Shown one piece after another: positions 30,285 to 44,780 of a stretch of 64,000 bases of DNA. Location: NCBI GenBank assembly GCA_009914755.4, contig CP086569.2, forward strand, positions 22,880,001-22,944,000, written 5' to 3'. Source of the DNA: the human T2T-CHM13v2.0 reference genome, Homo sapiens. The stretch's first letter is position 1. Every line of letters begins with the position of its first letter. The notes under the pieces were generated by a model. It did no database searches, was not told the DNA's origin, and saw only the letters and a list, made by a program, of their open reading frames with translations. The position numbers and the translations under genes were made by a program.

Positions 30285-31945
30285 TTATTGTAATTTAAAT
30301 TCTAGGATACATGTGCAGAACAGGCAGTTTTGTTACATAGGTGTACATGTGCCACGGTGGTTTGCTGCACCCATCAACCCATCATGTAAGTTTTAAGCCC
30401 TGAATGCATTAGGTATTTGTCCTAATGATCTCCTTCCACTTACCCCCTACTCCCTGACAGGCCCCATTGTGTCCTCATTGTTCCATTCCCACTTATGCAT
30501 GAGAATAGGTAGTGTTTGCTTTTCTGTTCCTGTGTTAGCTTGCTGAGAATGACGGTTTCCACTTCATTCATGTCTCTGAAAAGGACATGAACTTATTCAT
30601 TTTTGTGGCTGCATAGTATTCCATCGTGTATATGTGCCACATTTTCTTTATCCAGTCTATAATTGATGGGCATCTGGGTTTGTGCCATGTCTTTTTTGTG
30701 TGTAAATAGTGCTGCAATAAGCATACATGTGCAGTTTCCTTAGAGTAGAATGATTTACAATACTCTGGGTGTATACCACATAATGGGATTGCTGGGTCAA
30801 ATGGTATTTCTGGTTATAGATCCTTGAGGAATCACCACACTGTCTTCCACAGTGATTGAACTAATTTATACTCCCACCAGCAGCATAGAGCATTCCTTTT
30901 TCTCCACATCTTCGCCAGCATCTGTGGTTTCCTGACTTTTTAATGGTCACCATTCTGACCGATGTGAGACAGTATCTCATTGTGGTTTTGATGTGCATTT
31001 CTCTAATGCTCAGTGATGCTGAGCTTTTTTTATATATATTTGTTGGCTGATTAAATGTCTTCTTTTGAGAAGTGTCTGTTGATATCCTTTACCACTTTTT
31101 GTTGGGGTTTGTTTTTTATTTTCTTATAAAATTTTTTAAGTTCCTTGTAGCTTTTGGATATTAGACCTTTGTCAGATAGATAGGTTGAAAAAATGTTTTC
31201 ACATTCTGTATGTTGCCTGTTCACTCTGACGATATTTTCTTTTGCTGTGGAGAAGCTCCTTAGATTAATTAGGTCCCATTTGTCAATTTCGGATTTTGTT
31301 GCAATTGTTTTTTGGTCTTTTTGTCATGAAGTTTTTGCCCATGCCTATATCCTGAATGGTATTGCCTAGATTTTCTTCTAGGGTTTTTAGGGTTTTAGGT
31401 TTTACATTTAAGTCTTTTAATTCATCTTGAGTTAAGTTTTGTATGTGATGTAAGAAAGGGATTCAGTTTCAGGTTTCTGCATATGGCTCGCCAGTTTTCC
31501 CAGACCAGGGAATCCTTCCCTAGTTGCTTGTTTTTGTCAGGCTTGTCAAAGATCAGATCACTGTAGATGTGTGAATTACTTTAAGCAGTATGGTCATTTT
31601 AGGATAGAGCAGGATTTCAATCCCAGCTTTTTTTTTTTTTTTTACTTTCCATTTGCTTTGTAAATATTCCTCCATCCTTTTATTTTGAGCCTATGTGTGT
31701 CTTCACCCATGATATCAGTCTCCTGAATACAGCACACCAAAGGGTCTTGATTCTATCCAATTTGTCAGTCTGTGCACTTTAATTGGCAAATTTAGTTCAC
31801 TTACATTTAAGGTTAATATTTGTACGGGTCAATTTGATCCTGGCATGGCAATACTAGCTGGTTATTTTGCATATTAATTGATCCACTTTCTTCTTAGTGT
31901 TGTTGGTCTTTATATTTTGCTACTTTTTTTAGTGATGAATACTGG
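30285..31945 (-). mobile_element. L1 3' portion of about 1.6 kb: 3'UTR plus the ORF2 C-terminal region, in reverse orientation
   Basis: A poly-T head is followed by 'ctaggatacatgtgcagaacaggcagttttgttacataggtgtacatgtgccacggtggtttgctgcacccatcaacc…'. This is the reverse complement of the canonical L1 3' end. It continues through 'cagtgatgctgagctttttt…tttgtcagatagataggttg…'. Confidence 0.85.
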
Positions 31946-31964
31946 TTTTGTTTTGTGTTGTTTT

Positions 31965-32180
31965 GTTTTCTGAGACAGAGTCTCGCTTTATTGGCCAGTA
32001 TGGAGTGCAGTGCTGCGATGTCAGCTCACTGCAAGCTCCAACTCCCAGGTTCCTGCCATTCTCCTGCCTCAGCCTCCTGAGTCCAAGTACCTTTGACTAC
32101 AGGCACCCGCCACCATGCCCAGCTAATTTTTTGTATTTTTAGTAGAAATGGGGTTTCACCATATTAGACAGGATGGCCTT
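31965..32180 (-). mobile_element. Alu SINE, truncated
   Basis: 'tgagacagagtctcgctttattggccagtatggagtgcagtgctgcgatgtcagctcactgcaagctccaactcccaggttcctgccattctcctgcctcagcctcctgagtcc…cccagctaattttttgtatttttagtagaaatggggtttcaccatattagacaggatggcc'. Confidence 0.8.
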
Positions 32181-32962
32181 TTACCTTTAGTTAAATAAGT
32201 TAGAGTAGAAACAAAGGAATGCGGGGTGTTTACCTAAGTAGCTTGCTTAGTCATGTGGTCCTAAGACTAATATTTGACTTAGCACAGTGCTAAATTGCTT
32301 TCTAACTGGGAAGTCCACACTGTCAATTACCCTTTAGTGGTGTTAACTAGAGCCTTGGTCAATTAATCCGTACTGAATAAATGCAAGTCTCACTAGCTGG
32401 CTGGGGCCACAGTCAAAACTGTTTGCAATAATTTGCCTGTAGTCTGTAAGCAGCTTGATGTTCAGCTGGACTGGCAAAGCATAATATCTGTGTGCTTTAT
32501 TCATCCATTTATTCATTGTAGAAATCATGAATTAAAAAAATAACAGGATAAATGCGACAATATGTACTAGCATATTTTTTTCTTTCTTTTTTTTTAGTTT
32601 TTACTAAGTAGAGCTTAGAATATGATCAGTTTTCTGTGGCACAACACATGCCTGCTTCTTTTGGCAGCAATTATAGAATAATGAGAAAACAATAATAACA
32701 AAAAGTGCCAGTCTGAAGAGATCATGTATTTTATGATCATATTTCTATGACATTATAGAAATGTCTACAGAGAAGGTAAGCAGACCTGTGATGTACAGTG
32801 GTTTGTAGGGGAAAGAGAGTGAGTTGAATAGGGGAATAGGATGTTGGAAAGGGGGTACAAATGGGCCAGTTAGACTTAGACTGCCTCTGGTTCGTGAGGT
32901 CATGCTTGGTGTGTGGAAGAGCCAGGAGTGTGTAGTACAAGCATGATAAGAAGGTTTCTACT

Positions 32963-33255
32963 CAGCCAGATGTGGTGGCTCACCACATCTGCAGTCCCAC
33001 CACTTTGGGAGGCTGAGTTGGGTGGATCACTAGGTCACGAGGTTGAGACCATCATGGCTAACACGGTGACACCCTACCTCTACTAAAAATACAAAAATTA
33101 GCCAGGCATGGTGGTGGGCACCTTTAGTCCCAGCTACTCAGGAGGCTGATGAAGGAGAATGGCATGAATATGGGAGTTGGAGCTTGCAGTGAGCAGAGAC
33201 CACACCACTGCACACCAACCTAGGCCACAAAGGAAGACTCTGTTTCAAAACAAAA
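32963..33255 (+). mobile_element. Alu SINE with an A/C-rich tail
   Basis: 'gccagatgtggtggctcaccacatctgcagtcccaccactttgggaggctgagttgggtggatcac…gcagtgagcagagaccacaccactgcacaccaacctaggccacaaaggaagactctgtttcaaaacaaaaacaaac'. Confidence 0.85.
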
Positions 33256-33429
33256 ACAAACACAAAACAACAACAGCAACAAAAAACAAAGGCTTCTACT
33301 CACTCTAGGAGAGAGAAGGGTCCTCTTCTTTCCACATGGAACTATCTCAGGACTAGTTCTCAGGAAGCCTTTTTGGTATGTGGTAAAAGAAACGTAACAT
33401 AAATTTACCAATCTAAACATTTGTAGGTG

Positions 33430-34640
33430 TACAGGTAAGTGGCATTATGTATGTTCATGTTACTGTGCAACCATCACCACCATTTCACATTCTCACCAGC
33501 AATGCACAAGGGTTCCATTTTCTCCACATACTCCCCAACTCTCCCTTTTTCAAAAAAAAAAAAAAAGACATTCTAGTGGGTTTAAGGTGATAATCTCATT
33601 GTGATTTAGATATCCATTTACCTAATGGCTAATGATGTCGAACATATCTTTCTGCGCTTATTGGCACTGAACTTGTTAATGGTTTCCTGGGTATGACAGA
33701 GAATGCACAGAAAACAAAAGAAAAAATAGATAAATTGAACTTCATTAAAACTAAAATCTTTCATGCTTCAAAGGGCACTATCAGGATGGTCAATAGAAAA
33801 CCAACAGCATAGGACAAAATATTTTCAAGTCATATATAAGGGTAAGGGCCTAGTATCCAGGATATAGGAGAAATTCTTACAACTCAAGAACAAAAAGACA
33901 ATCAACCCAATTAAAAAAATGATAGAGAAATTGAAAATACTTTTCTCCAAAGATACACACACACACAAAAACACATAAAAATTAGCTCAACATCACTTAT
34001 TTCAGGGAAATGCAGATCAAAACCACAAGAAGACACCACTTTTCACCCATTGTAATTATTATTATTTAAAAACCATGAACGAACAAGGGTTGACGTGGAA
34101 GTGGAGAAAAACAAAAGTAAAATAGTTCATCTGCTGTGGAAAATAGTTTGGTGTTTCTGCAAAAAGCTAAACATGGAACCATCATAGAAACCAGCAAATC
34201 CCCCCCACCTCAGGTATATACACAAAAAATATAAAGCAGGTATTCAAACAAAACTGTGTGTGCACATATACTCATGGAAGAATTATTCACAATAACTAAA
34301 ATGTGGAAACAAACCAAATGTCCACAAACAAATAATAGGAAAACAAAATGTAGTATACCTATACAATGGCATAATATCTAGCCATAAAAAGATTGAGACA
34401 CTCATACTACAATGTGAAGATACTGCAAAACCATTGTGTTTAAAGAAGCTAAGCACAAAAGTCACATAGTGTATGATTTTATGTATATAAATGTCCAGAA
34501 TAAGTAATTTCATAGAGAAAGAAAGCAGATTTGCTAATTGTCAGGGGTCAGAAAGAGGACAGATTGGGTAGTAGTTCCTTAATAGGTAGGGGATTTACTT
34601 CAGTAAAAAATATCCTATCCCCAGTATTCCAACAGCAGGC
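33430..34640 (+). mobile_element. Ancient L1 (L1M-type) 3' region
   Basis: '…caaccatcaccaccatttcacattctcaccagcaatgcacaagggttccattttctccacatactcc…cattctagtgggtttaaggtgataatctcattgtgatttagatatccatttacctaatggctaatgatgtcgaacatatctttctgcgcttattggc…' matches the conserved old-L1 3' segment. Downstream the sequence 'gggaaatgcagatcaaaaccacaagaagacaccacttttcacccat' encodes the RT C-terminal motif. Confidence 0.55.
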
Positions 34641-36469
34641 TGAGCTCTCATTCCATGGTGTCCCCTTAACCTGGGGTTCAAGTCCCCCCACAGTCCGGAA
34701 GTGCCTGGGGCCTGAGCAGGCACATTCTGGACACATACTCCAGCCATTGTGTCCACCAGCTCCTAGACCTGTTACCGGTGAAAAGTATCTGAGTTACTGG
34801 CAGCAAATCCGTCCGGGTCTTTAGCAATATCAATTCTTGCCTCCTCAGGTGAAAGAATTCAACTGGTGGGCATAAAGAAGGAAGAAGGAAGAAAATGCCA
34901 TGGCAAGTTTCACAGCAGGAGTGGACGTTTATTAAAAAGCTTTAGAGCAGGAAAGAATGAAAATTGCACTCGAAAGAGATCCAAATGGGTGACTTGAAGA
35001 AGTGTGGCCATTAACCTTCCTTCTGGGACATTTTAGGCTGGCCTACCGCCAGCATCTGGTGCACCCTTTCCCATGATTCTTCCCCTAGCATGGGCTGCCC
35101 ACAGGCACAGTGCCCTCCTTACCCTTGGGAAGTAAGTATAGACAGTGTGTTTAAGCAGTTATATGTATGCCCATCTGAGGCTTCCTCCCTTTTATTGGTG
35201 GGGTGACCCCAGAAAGTCATACTCCACCATTTTGTCTCTTAATGTGCACTCCTGGGTTCAGTCATCCAATGTCTGAGATTTTATGGGACGCCCTTTTTCC
35301 TCCTCTCTGGCATGTGAGTTTAATTAACACTTTAATGTTACCAGCTGTGTATCAGGCTATCCCTGGCCCCAGCCGCTAAATTATTATTTTTAGAGAAGCA
35401 ATATGATAACTGTCCAACCATCACCCGATGGCCTGACATTCCTGGTATGCGGATGTGGAGAACCCGCTCTTGCCCCACTCATGACTGTTTAACCAACTGT
35501 AACAAACCCACGGGCCAATTTCACTTCCAGGTCAGTTTTTCTCTGCTGCCTTTCCGGACACCCAGTGATCAGTGATGCCTCCTCAGGGTTTACAAGGTCT
35601 TCAGTATCATGCTCTATTTTGATCCAGACCTCAGCACATAATATCCATGGGTTGTTCCATTTCAATAAAGGGAAATTAACATTTTCTGATCACAAGTGCA
35701 TGCAGGTGTCTTACTCAGGTGAACTCACAGCAACTCTGCAAAGTATGGGTAGTCCCACATGTAGAGAAAAATGCCAGGATCCAGTGACTGAGTGACTCAC
35801 TTTCAATCACACAGCTTCCAAGTAACTTCATACTCACATTCCAGCCCATGGCCTGGTCTCCAGTTGTCATTTAGAAAAGGTTTGCGAGTACTTGAACATA
35901 TGCCCAGGCCACACCCAGACTTATTTGTAACAACAAAGATGAGCTCCAGGGACAATGGTTGACAAGACCCACCCAGTCATCTTTCTTCCATTCAGAGCCA
36001 TTGTAGTACTCGATACTCATCAGAAACAGTCTCTTATCCCAAAGCCCTCTCATACATAGGGTGTATCAATGGGAATGGGTCACACATGGGGCACAAAGGG
36101 CAAATTTAGTGAGGGAATCAGAGCCAGCACATAAAGAAGGAGCTGGTGATTCCAAGTGTAAAGAAAGGCGGTATGCTAAGAAGTTATTGCCCTGGAGGGT
36201 GAAGGATACAAGAGGTTTGTATGACTAAATCAGAGGGAGCAAGAGAGAAAGCAGGCAATGGACCAAACACTTAGCACAAGGGACAGTGATTCCTTAACAA
36301 GGTCGATGCAGACCTACCATGACATGATGTGGCCACTGCACTCCTAGGAATGAACCATGAGAAATGAAGGCAAGCTCACAGGCTACATACATAAATAAAT
36401 ATTCATGACATCCTTACACATAATGGTCCCAAACCAGGAGCCCAAATGCCCATACACAGAAGAAGGGTG

Positions 36470-36750
36470 AACAAGCTGTGGCACATCTATACAATGGCAT
36501 GTGGCTCAGCATGAAAAGGAATGGACTGTTGATGCACTCAGAACAGAGTGACTCTGAAAGTAGTTCTGCTGAATAAAAGAAGCCAGATCAGAACGATGCA
36601 CAAAGACCCAAGTACATACTGTATTTACCTGTAATTCTATAAAATACCCACAAGTTTTTAGTGAAAGAAGCAGATCTGTGGTCCTAGGGTGGCCAGGGAG
36701 TGATCGTTATTGATGGGAGGAAGATGTGTTTTCATGACCTTCATCACACT
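36470..36750 (+). mobile_element. Ancient L1 3'-terminal fragment (the mammalian-wide L1M 3' end)
   Basis: 'atctatacaatggcatgtggctcagcatgaaaaggaatggactgttgatgcactcagaacagagtgactctgaaag…gaagccagatcagaacgatgcacaaagacccaagtacatactgtatttacc…' resembles the 'acaatggaatactactcagccataaaaaggaatgaaat…gaagccagacacaaaagagtacatactgtatgattcc' family. Confidence 0.45.
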
Positions 36751-38087
36751 TCTGGCCTTGCGGTGAATGAAATACTCACATGGAGAAACCATCAGTTCTT
36801 CCATCTACACAGGTGCAGTTTACCATATGCCAATCACATGCCAACAAAGCTGTTTCTAAATAAGCAATCATGATCCAGAGCAAGGAATAAGGTTGGGCAG
36901 GAGACCTGATGAGGCAGATTGTTTTCTTTTCCTAATCTATAAGGCTGCACACTGAAATTAAGTTGGCCCTGAGCTCAGACACTGAACAGGCCTTTGGGAA
37001 AGGCTCACACAGTCCTTCCTCCTGAACAGAAGAGTGACCACCTAACACAATACCCAGCTGCCCCTCAGGAACTTTATATGTCAATGTGACCTTCCCATCC
37101 TTGTGTCTGTTTTCTGCAATTTCCTCTTTCAGGCAGAAGCCAATGTGGCCTCTGATGTAGAGGAAATAATGTTAAAGTTCTAATATGGACATTCTGGTTC
37201 CATCATAGTAGAGAAACGGGTTGCATCTTCTCTCTTCACGACAAAGAGAAGGGAAAAGCCATGAGAACAATGTCCACAGTTGTGTGATCAGGTTGCAAGT
37301 GGAGGAAGAACATCGCCATGCCAAGGAAGCAGCAGGGCAACTGAAGGTGAAGGTTTCTGCAGAGGAAAGAAGGAAGCTTAGGGATTCCCAGAGGAAATCA
37401 TCCTTCCCATTTGTAGGCCCCTGGTTTGAAGGCCAGTTCCTCTTGTCCCAATGTGAAATGAGCGTGTGACAATCCCCATTTCAGCCTTAATGCTAATTAC
37501 AGAGGCAAACGTGAGAGACCAACAGTTTTTAAAAAATGCAAACAAACAAAAAAAACAAACAAAGGCAAATATGATCAACAGACAACTCACCTCCAGAGAA
37601 ATGAGTCTTTAAGATCCTTCTTCCTTCTGGCCTCAAGACCTCTGTTCAAGGAAAGTTCAGAACACATGCTCCCCGTAGTCTCAGAGAAGTATAAAATATT
37701 GCATCCCTGAAAAATAACAAAATTTAGGAAGATAATAGGAAAATTCAGAGATTAGGAACAACAGCTTGAAATTCTCTTAAAATGTGTAACTCTCAAAAAT
37801 TGGAAGACAGAATCTAAAAAATATTTCAAAACCACATACAATTAACAAAATAAACCTAAGAAAAGTGGTTAGCTCTCTGGGAGATTTGTCCCATAGTTGC
37901 AGTAGCGAAATAGCATTTGACATGTAAAAACCCAGGGAGGCAGTTATAAAAGCTCTGGGAATGACAGCTCCACCCCAGGCCTAGAGAGATGTTGGTGGGA
38001 TAGGAACAGGAAAACGGAAGGTGTCCACCAGTGATTTTTCAGGTGGGAGGTTAGAAATGAGGGAAGATGATAAGGATGTGATAAAAG

Positions 38088-38180
38088 GAGATTTAATTTG
38101 AATTTTAATTTAGTTCCAACTTAATTTAATTTAATTTTAAATTTAATTTAATTTTAATTTAATTTAATTTTAAATAGAAA
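38088..38180. repeat. (AATTT/TTTAA)n simple repeat
   Basis: 'aatttaatttaattttaaatttaatttaattttaatttaatttaattttaaat'. Confidence 0.8.
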
Positions 38181-41100
38181 GAAAGAAGAAAAGGCAATTA
38201 GAAACTCCAAGAAAAGAGAAAGCTAAAGAAAAAATATGTATATACCTATAGAATACCAAGAAATGTAGGTGAATTCAAAGTGCCAATATACTTCCTACAA
38301 GAAGAAAGTCACAAGATTCTATTGCATTGGATTGAAAAAATATATACATAAATATACATATACTCTACAGTTACTTTCAACATCAATGATAACTAAGAAA
38401 GAAACTAAAATCATGATATTTCTATCATTGGGTGAGGGTGGAGGAAAGGTCAGAGGTCTAAGAAACTCAGCCTTCCTCTGTTGTACCAGGTGTTAACAGG
38501 TAATTCAGGGGACTAGGGTTAGGTGCACATGGTGGCAGTTCCTTCTGAGTTACCCTTGCCTCATCTCTGTATTTTTCAGTCATGTGCATATATTTTTATT
38601 TTCAAAATAAAATATATGGGAAGTAATTTGTGGTGTCAGAGACTCTAGGAAGATTCTCTGTTCCAGGGTACGGGTTCCACATCTAATTAAACACCACAGA
38701 TTCCAGCAGAAAATCCTAGCTCTACCCACACTTCCACTCCCTCAAACAAGACTCAAGTAATCACCACATCCAGCTCAAAAACTCAAGATCTGTCCAAAGC
38801 AGATCCACGTGTAGCCATCAGCAAGGGTATCAATAGACACAGCCACAGAGGTGTCTGCAGTGCATCATGAAGTCCAGCCGCTAGCAGTAGACCAACTGCA
38901 CAGTCTGGAAGGAAATTTTCTTGGAGGATGCCAATGCTAGAGGAACCAGCCATGATGCAGGTGCAGCCATAGAGGGGTCCATCATGTTACTGCAAGCAGC
39001 CAGAGGGCAGAGGTAATGAGCAGGAAAGATGAGGGGGAGGGTGGCGACATCATGGTTGGGCCCCTACTGGTACATGTTGCCACCCTGCAGTGGCCTGTGG
39101 GAAACAGAGAACACCGTATTTTGGTGGGCAGAGGCTCTCTCAGGCCAGAGCAGTAGGACCTGGAAAGAAACTGAAGCCAAGCTCAGGAATGTGGGTTCCT
39201 GTTTCAATTTGGCTACTGGTGGCTGTGGACCCCAGGATATAACAAATTACATGCCTTTACCGTTTTCCCTGTGGCTGCAAAGACTTGGGTCAGGCTCTGA
39301 ATTACCTGGCCCCCTTGAGGCGCTTAATAAAGCTTATTACTGGAAACTGATAATATATTAGCACTTTATTTACAATGACCTTCAATGAAGTGTTGTTCTC
39401 CAGTATTGAAAATAGGAAAACAATTATCAAGAGCTTAATAGTTATGGGATTAAATGATGGTTGATCCTCAAGAACTATTAGGCAGCACTTGATAATAAAG
39501 CATTGGTATTTCATGAATGCTCACTGTGTCTCAATTGTACTCTTAGGCTTTTGACAACCAGCCTGACTTAAGCTTTGCAAAAATCCCCATGGCAGATCCT
39601 GGCACCATCTCTATTTTACAGGTGAAAGGTCACATGAACCTGCTTAGGGACACATACCTGGGCAGGGCAGGATCTAAATGGAAGCAGGCCCAAGAGGTGT
39701 CAAGAAAGATGCTAATATCCTAATGGTATGTGGAAAGGAGGAGCAAATGTGCACATGGTGTGAAGGCCAGACAAGATTTAGGACAGCCCTAAATGTAGAA
39801 CAGATCCACAGCAGGCCAGCCTCCAGTTTTCTTATTCTTAAATGATCCTCCTCATCAAGTAAAGATCACAGAGTGCAGGGAGGCTGCTCAAAAAAGTACT
39901 GATATGTAGCAGAAACATGAGAAAAGCAAAAGAAACAAAATACTAAAAATAAACACACCACAATGACAGCTGAGTTTGTCTTTAGGTGGCCGGCCTACAA
40001 GTGTCTTTTTCTAAGTCTGTTTTCACCATTCTCCAAAATAGACATAAATTTAGGTAATGTGTCCAGCTGCAGGAACAAGTGTTGGGTCAGAGGAAACTGC
40101 TTCCCAAACCTGGCCCCTGACCCAGGCTCCTTGCTGGCAGCTTCCCCTTCCCTGTGGTCTGTCCTGATCCCAGTGACAGGGCACTATCATCCCTACACAT
40201 ATTCCATGTCCTAGTCCCCACTAAAATGTAGAGGGGTACTGAACAGGTGAGATGTTCTCATGGCCCATATGATGACAGTACCTGGCAGTCAGTGCCATTC
40301 AAATTGTCTTGTCTCCAGGAAAGTAGAAAGCCAAGCCCAGTGGCTCCCATTGTCCTTGAGTGGTCTCTTGGGATTGTTGAGGCCCATTTTATTCATGTCT
40401 CTCTAAAAGAGATAAGATGGGAGAAGAGGTTTTGTGGGACTCTGAGGTACATCCTTCTTCCCAGCAGGTAAAGCAAGCCTGCTGGCTGGAAAATGCTGTT
40501 ACCACAGGGGCACCCCAATATTCTTTGTTCATCTCTGGCCCTATCTTTGGTCTAAACCAACAACCCATAATTACTAACTGTGGGAAACAAAGTTTCTGGG
40601 GTGCCAATTAAGTTGGTCTCCCCTGTATGAGACACCCATGGGGAGCCATGGGCAGCCTCTGAGAAGAAAAATCTCCTTATTACCTTCATGTATTTATGCC
40701 CCCAGAGCATAACCACTCAGCGGCATTCCACTGGTTGCTCAGGAAGATAACGTTCCCTTGAAGCAGTGGAATATAATAAAACATCTTGGCTCCTCCTGAA
40801 ACCCACTCCCACCCATTTCAGTCATGATAAGTTGAAGATCTTAAGTAGTTTAGACACATGCCTTTGCTCAAGGAAATTCACAGAAACCACCAGTGCTATA
40901 CATCTTATTGAATGGCTGATGAGTTCTCCTTCACTGCTTAATCCTTTTCCTTATTCCTTCCTCCCCCTCCCATCTCCTTAAGGACAAAGAATTTGTAAAC
41001 CAATAAATTGGGTGGAGCCTGAGAGCTCCAGGCCATGAGCAAGTCTCCAATGCTCTGGTGCCCTGGACCTACCTTTTAAGTGCTTATTCTGTCTCTTTCT

Positions 41101-41399
41101 AACACCTTTGTCTCCTCCAGATTCGGGGTACCCACTGGGTCTTATGTGGCTGGTTTCCCCAACACTAACCTGGGACATTCCAAATCTTGGTGCTTGTGTT
41201 GTCTCTCAAATCAACTCACCAAGCCCTCCTCAGAAAACGCAATGCCCTTTTCTGCAGCCAAAGACCTCATTATGCCACACAGTGACCTTGAAATGCAGAG
41301 GGGCAGCCACAACCCCACTTGGGCCTGTTCTGAACCTGAGATCTCTGGTTTCAGTGATCTCACAGCCAGTTGATTGAAAGGGACAGGGAAGTGTGTGGA

Positions 41400-41478
41400 G
41401 GAAGCACTCTCCACACCACTGCACTGCAGCCTGGACAACAGAATGAGACCCCATCTCAAAAAAAAAAAAAAAAAAAAA
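41400..41478 (+). mobile_element. Alu 3' fragment with a poly-A tail
   Basis: 'ccacaccactgcactgcagcctggacaacagaatgagaccccatctcaaaaaaaaaaaaaaaaaaaa'. Confidence 0.6.
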
Positions 41479-42551
41479 CCTTTAAAAATGCATCCTATTT
41501 TTTTCTGAGGGTGTTCCAAGATGGCCAAATAGGAACAGCTCCAGTCTGCAGCTCCCAGCATGATCAATGCAGAAGATCAGTGATTTCTGCATTTCCCACT
41601 GAGGTATCTGGTTCATCTCATTGGGAATGGCAGGGCAGTGGGTGCAGCCCACAGTGAATGAGCTGAAGCAGGGCAGGGCATCACCCCTCCTGTGAAGTGC
41701 AAGCAGTCGGGGAATTTCCCTTTCCTAGCCAAGGGAAGCTGTGACAGACTACCTGGAAAAACGGAGCACTCCTGCCCAAATACTGCACTTTACCCAAGGT
41801 CTTAGCATCCAGCAGACAAAGTAATTCTCTCCCATGCCTAGCTTGGTGGGTCCCATGCCTGGCTTGGTGGGTCCCATGCCCACAGAGCCTTGCTCACTGC
41901 TAGCGCAGCAGTCTGAGATCAAGCTCTGATGTGGCAGCCTGGCTGGTAGAAAGGCGTTCACAATTGCTAAGTCTTGAGCAGGTAAACAAAGCACCCAGGA
42001 AGCTAAAACTGGGTGGAGCCCACCACAGCTCAACAAGGCCTACTGCCTGTAGACTACACCTCTGTGGGCAGGGCACAGTTGAACTAAAGGCAGCAGACAA
42101 CTTTGGCAGACTTAAATGTCCCTGTCTGACAGCTCTGAAGAGAGCAGTGGTTCTCCTAGCATGCCATTTGAAGTCTGAGAATGGACAGGCTGCCTCCTCT
42201 CATCTGTCCCTGACCCCTGTGTAACCTATCTGGGAGACAGCTCCCAGTAGGGGCTGACAGACACCTCATATAGGCAGCTGCCCCTCTGGGATGAAGTTTC
42301 CAGAGGAAGGATCAGGCAGCAATATTTGCTGTTCTGAAATATTTGCTGTTCTGCATCCTCTGCTGGTGACACCCAGGCAAACACAATCTGCAGTGGACTA
42401 CACCAAATCCCAAAAGTCCTGCAGCTGAGGGACCTAAGTGTTAGAAGGAAAACTAACAAATAGAAAGGAAGAGCATCAACATAAGCAAAAAGTTCATCTA
42501 CACCAAAACTCCATCTGTAGGTCAACAACATCAAAGACACAAGGTAGATAA

Positions 42552-43570
42552 AACCACAAAGATGGAGAGAAACTACAGCAGAAAAGCTGAAAGTTTTAAA
42601 AATTGAGTGCTTCTTCTGCAATGGATCACAATTCCTCACAAGCAATGCAACAAAACTGGACAGAGAATGAATCTGATGAGCTGACAGAAGTAGGCTTCAG
42701 GAGGTTGGTAATAACAAAACTATTTGAGCTAAAGTTTCATGTTCCAATCTATCACAAGGAAGCTAAAAACCTTGGAAAAAGATGAGATGAATGGCTAACT
42801 AGAATAAATAGTGTAGAGAGGATTTTAAATGACCTGACGGAGCTGAAAACTGTGGCACAAGAACTTTGTCATGCATGCACAAGCTTCAGTAGCTGATTCA
42901 ATCAAGTGGAAGAAAGGGTATCAGTGATTGAAGATCTCATTAATAAAATAAACTGAGAAGACAAGGTTAGAGAAAAAAGAGTAAAAAGAAACAAAATCTC
43001 TGAGAAATATGGGACTAAGTGAAAAGACCAAATCTAAGTTTAATTGGTGTATCTGAAAGTGATGGAAAGAATGGAACCAACTTAGAAAACACTCTTCAGG
43101 ATATTATCCAGGAGAACTTCCCCAACCTAACAAGGCAGGCCAACATTCAAATTCAGGAAATACAGAGAATGCCACAAAGATACTCCTTGAGAAAAGCAAC
43201 CACAAGACATACAATTGTCAGGTTCACCAAGGTTGACATGATGGAAAAAGTGTTAAGGTCAGACAGAGAGAAAGGTTGAGTTACCCACAAAGGGAAGCCC
43301 ATCAGACTAACATTGGATCTCTTAGCAGAAACCCTACAAGCCAGAAGAGAGTGGGGGCGAATATTCAACATTCTTAAAGAAAAGAATTTTCAGCACAGAA
43401 TTTCATATCCAGCCAAACTAAGCTTTATAAGTGAAGCAGAAATAAAATCCTTTAAAAATAAGGAAATTCTGAGAGATTCTGTCACGACCAGGCCTGCCTT
43501 ACAAGAGTTCCTGAAGGAAACACTAAACATGGAAAAAAACAACCAGTATCAGCAACTGCAAAAGCAAATT
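42552..43570 (+). pseudogene. L1 ORF1 remnant, disrupted by frameshifts and stops
   Basis: 'atggagagaaactacagcagaaaagctgaaag…' is the ORF1 start homologue. The ORF pieces 43019-43279 and 43313-43795 carry ORF1 motifs in different frames. Confidence 0.7.
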
Positions 43571-43637
43571 TTAAAGACCATCGATGCTATCAAGAGACTG
43601 TATCAATTAACAGGCAAACTACACAGCCAACGTCATA

Positions 43638-44749
43638 ATGACAGGACCAAATTTACACATAACAATATTAACCTTAAGTGTAAAGAGGCTACATGCCCCA
43701 GTTCAAAGACACAGATGGGTAAATTGGATAAAGAGTCAAGATCCATCAGTGTGCTGTATTCAGGAGACCCATCTCACATGCAAAGATGCACATAAGCTCA
43801 CAATAAATGAATGGAAGAAGATATACCAAGCAAATGGAAAGCAGAAAAAAATATAAGTAGGAGTTGCAATCCTAGCCTCTGATAAAACAGACTTTTAACG
43901 AACAAAGATCAAAAGAGACAAAGAAGGCCATTACCTAATGATAAAGGGATCAATTCATGAAGAAGAGCTAAGAATTCTAAATATATATTCACCCAATACA
44001 CAACCCAGATTCAGAAAGTAAGTCCTTAGAGACCTACAAAGAGACTTAGACACCCACACAATAATAATGGGAGACTTCAACACCCCACAGTCAATGTTGT
44101 CTCATTAATCAACAGATCAATGAGACAGAAGGTTAACAAGGATATCCAGCACTTAAACTCAGCTCTGTAACAAACTGGCCTAATAGACACCTACAGAACT
44201 CTCCACCCTAAATCAAGAGCATATACATTCTTCTCAGCACCACATCACACTTATTCTAAAATTGACCACATAACCTGAAGTAAAGCACTCCTCAGCAATT
44301 GTAAAAGAACAGAAATCACAACAAAGTGTCTCTCAGACCACAGTGTAATCAAATTAGAACTCAGCATTAAGAAACTCACTCAAAACTGCACAACTACAGG
44401 GGAACTTAACAACTTGCTCCTGAATGATTGCTGGGTAAATAACAAAATGAAGGCAGATATACAGACATTCCTTGAAACCAATGAGAACAAAGACACAACA
44501 TGCCACAATCTCTGAAACACATTTAAAGCAGTGGGCAGAGGGAAATGTATAGCAGTAAATGTCACAAAAGATAGCAGGAAAGATATAAAATTGACAACCT
44601 AACATCAGAACTAAAAGAAATAGAGAGGCAAGAGCAAACAAATTCGAAAGGTAGCAGAAGGCAAGAAATAACTAAGATCAGAGCAGAGCAGAACGGAAAG
44701 AGATAGAGACACAAAAAACCCTTCAAAAAATCAATGAATCCAGGAACTG

Positions 44750-44780
<31 letters not shown>
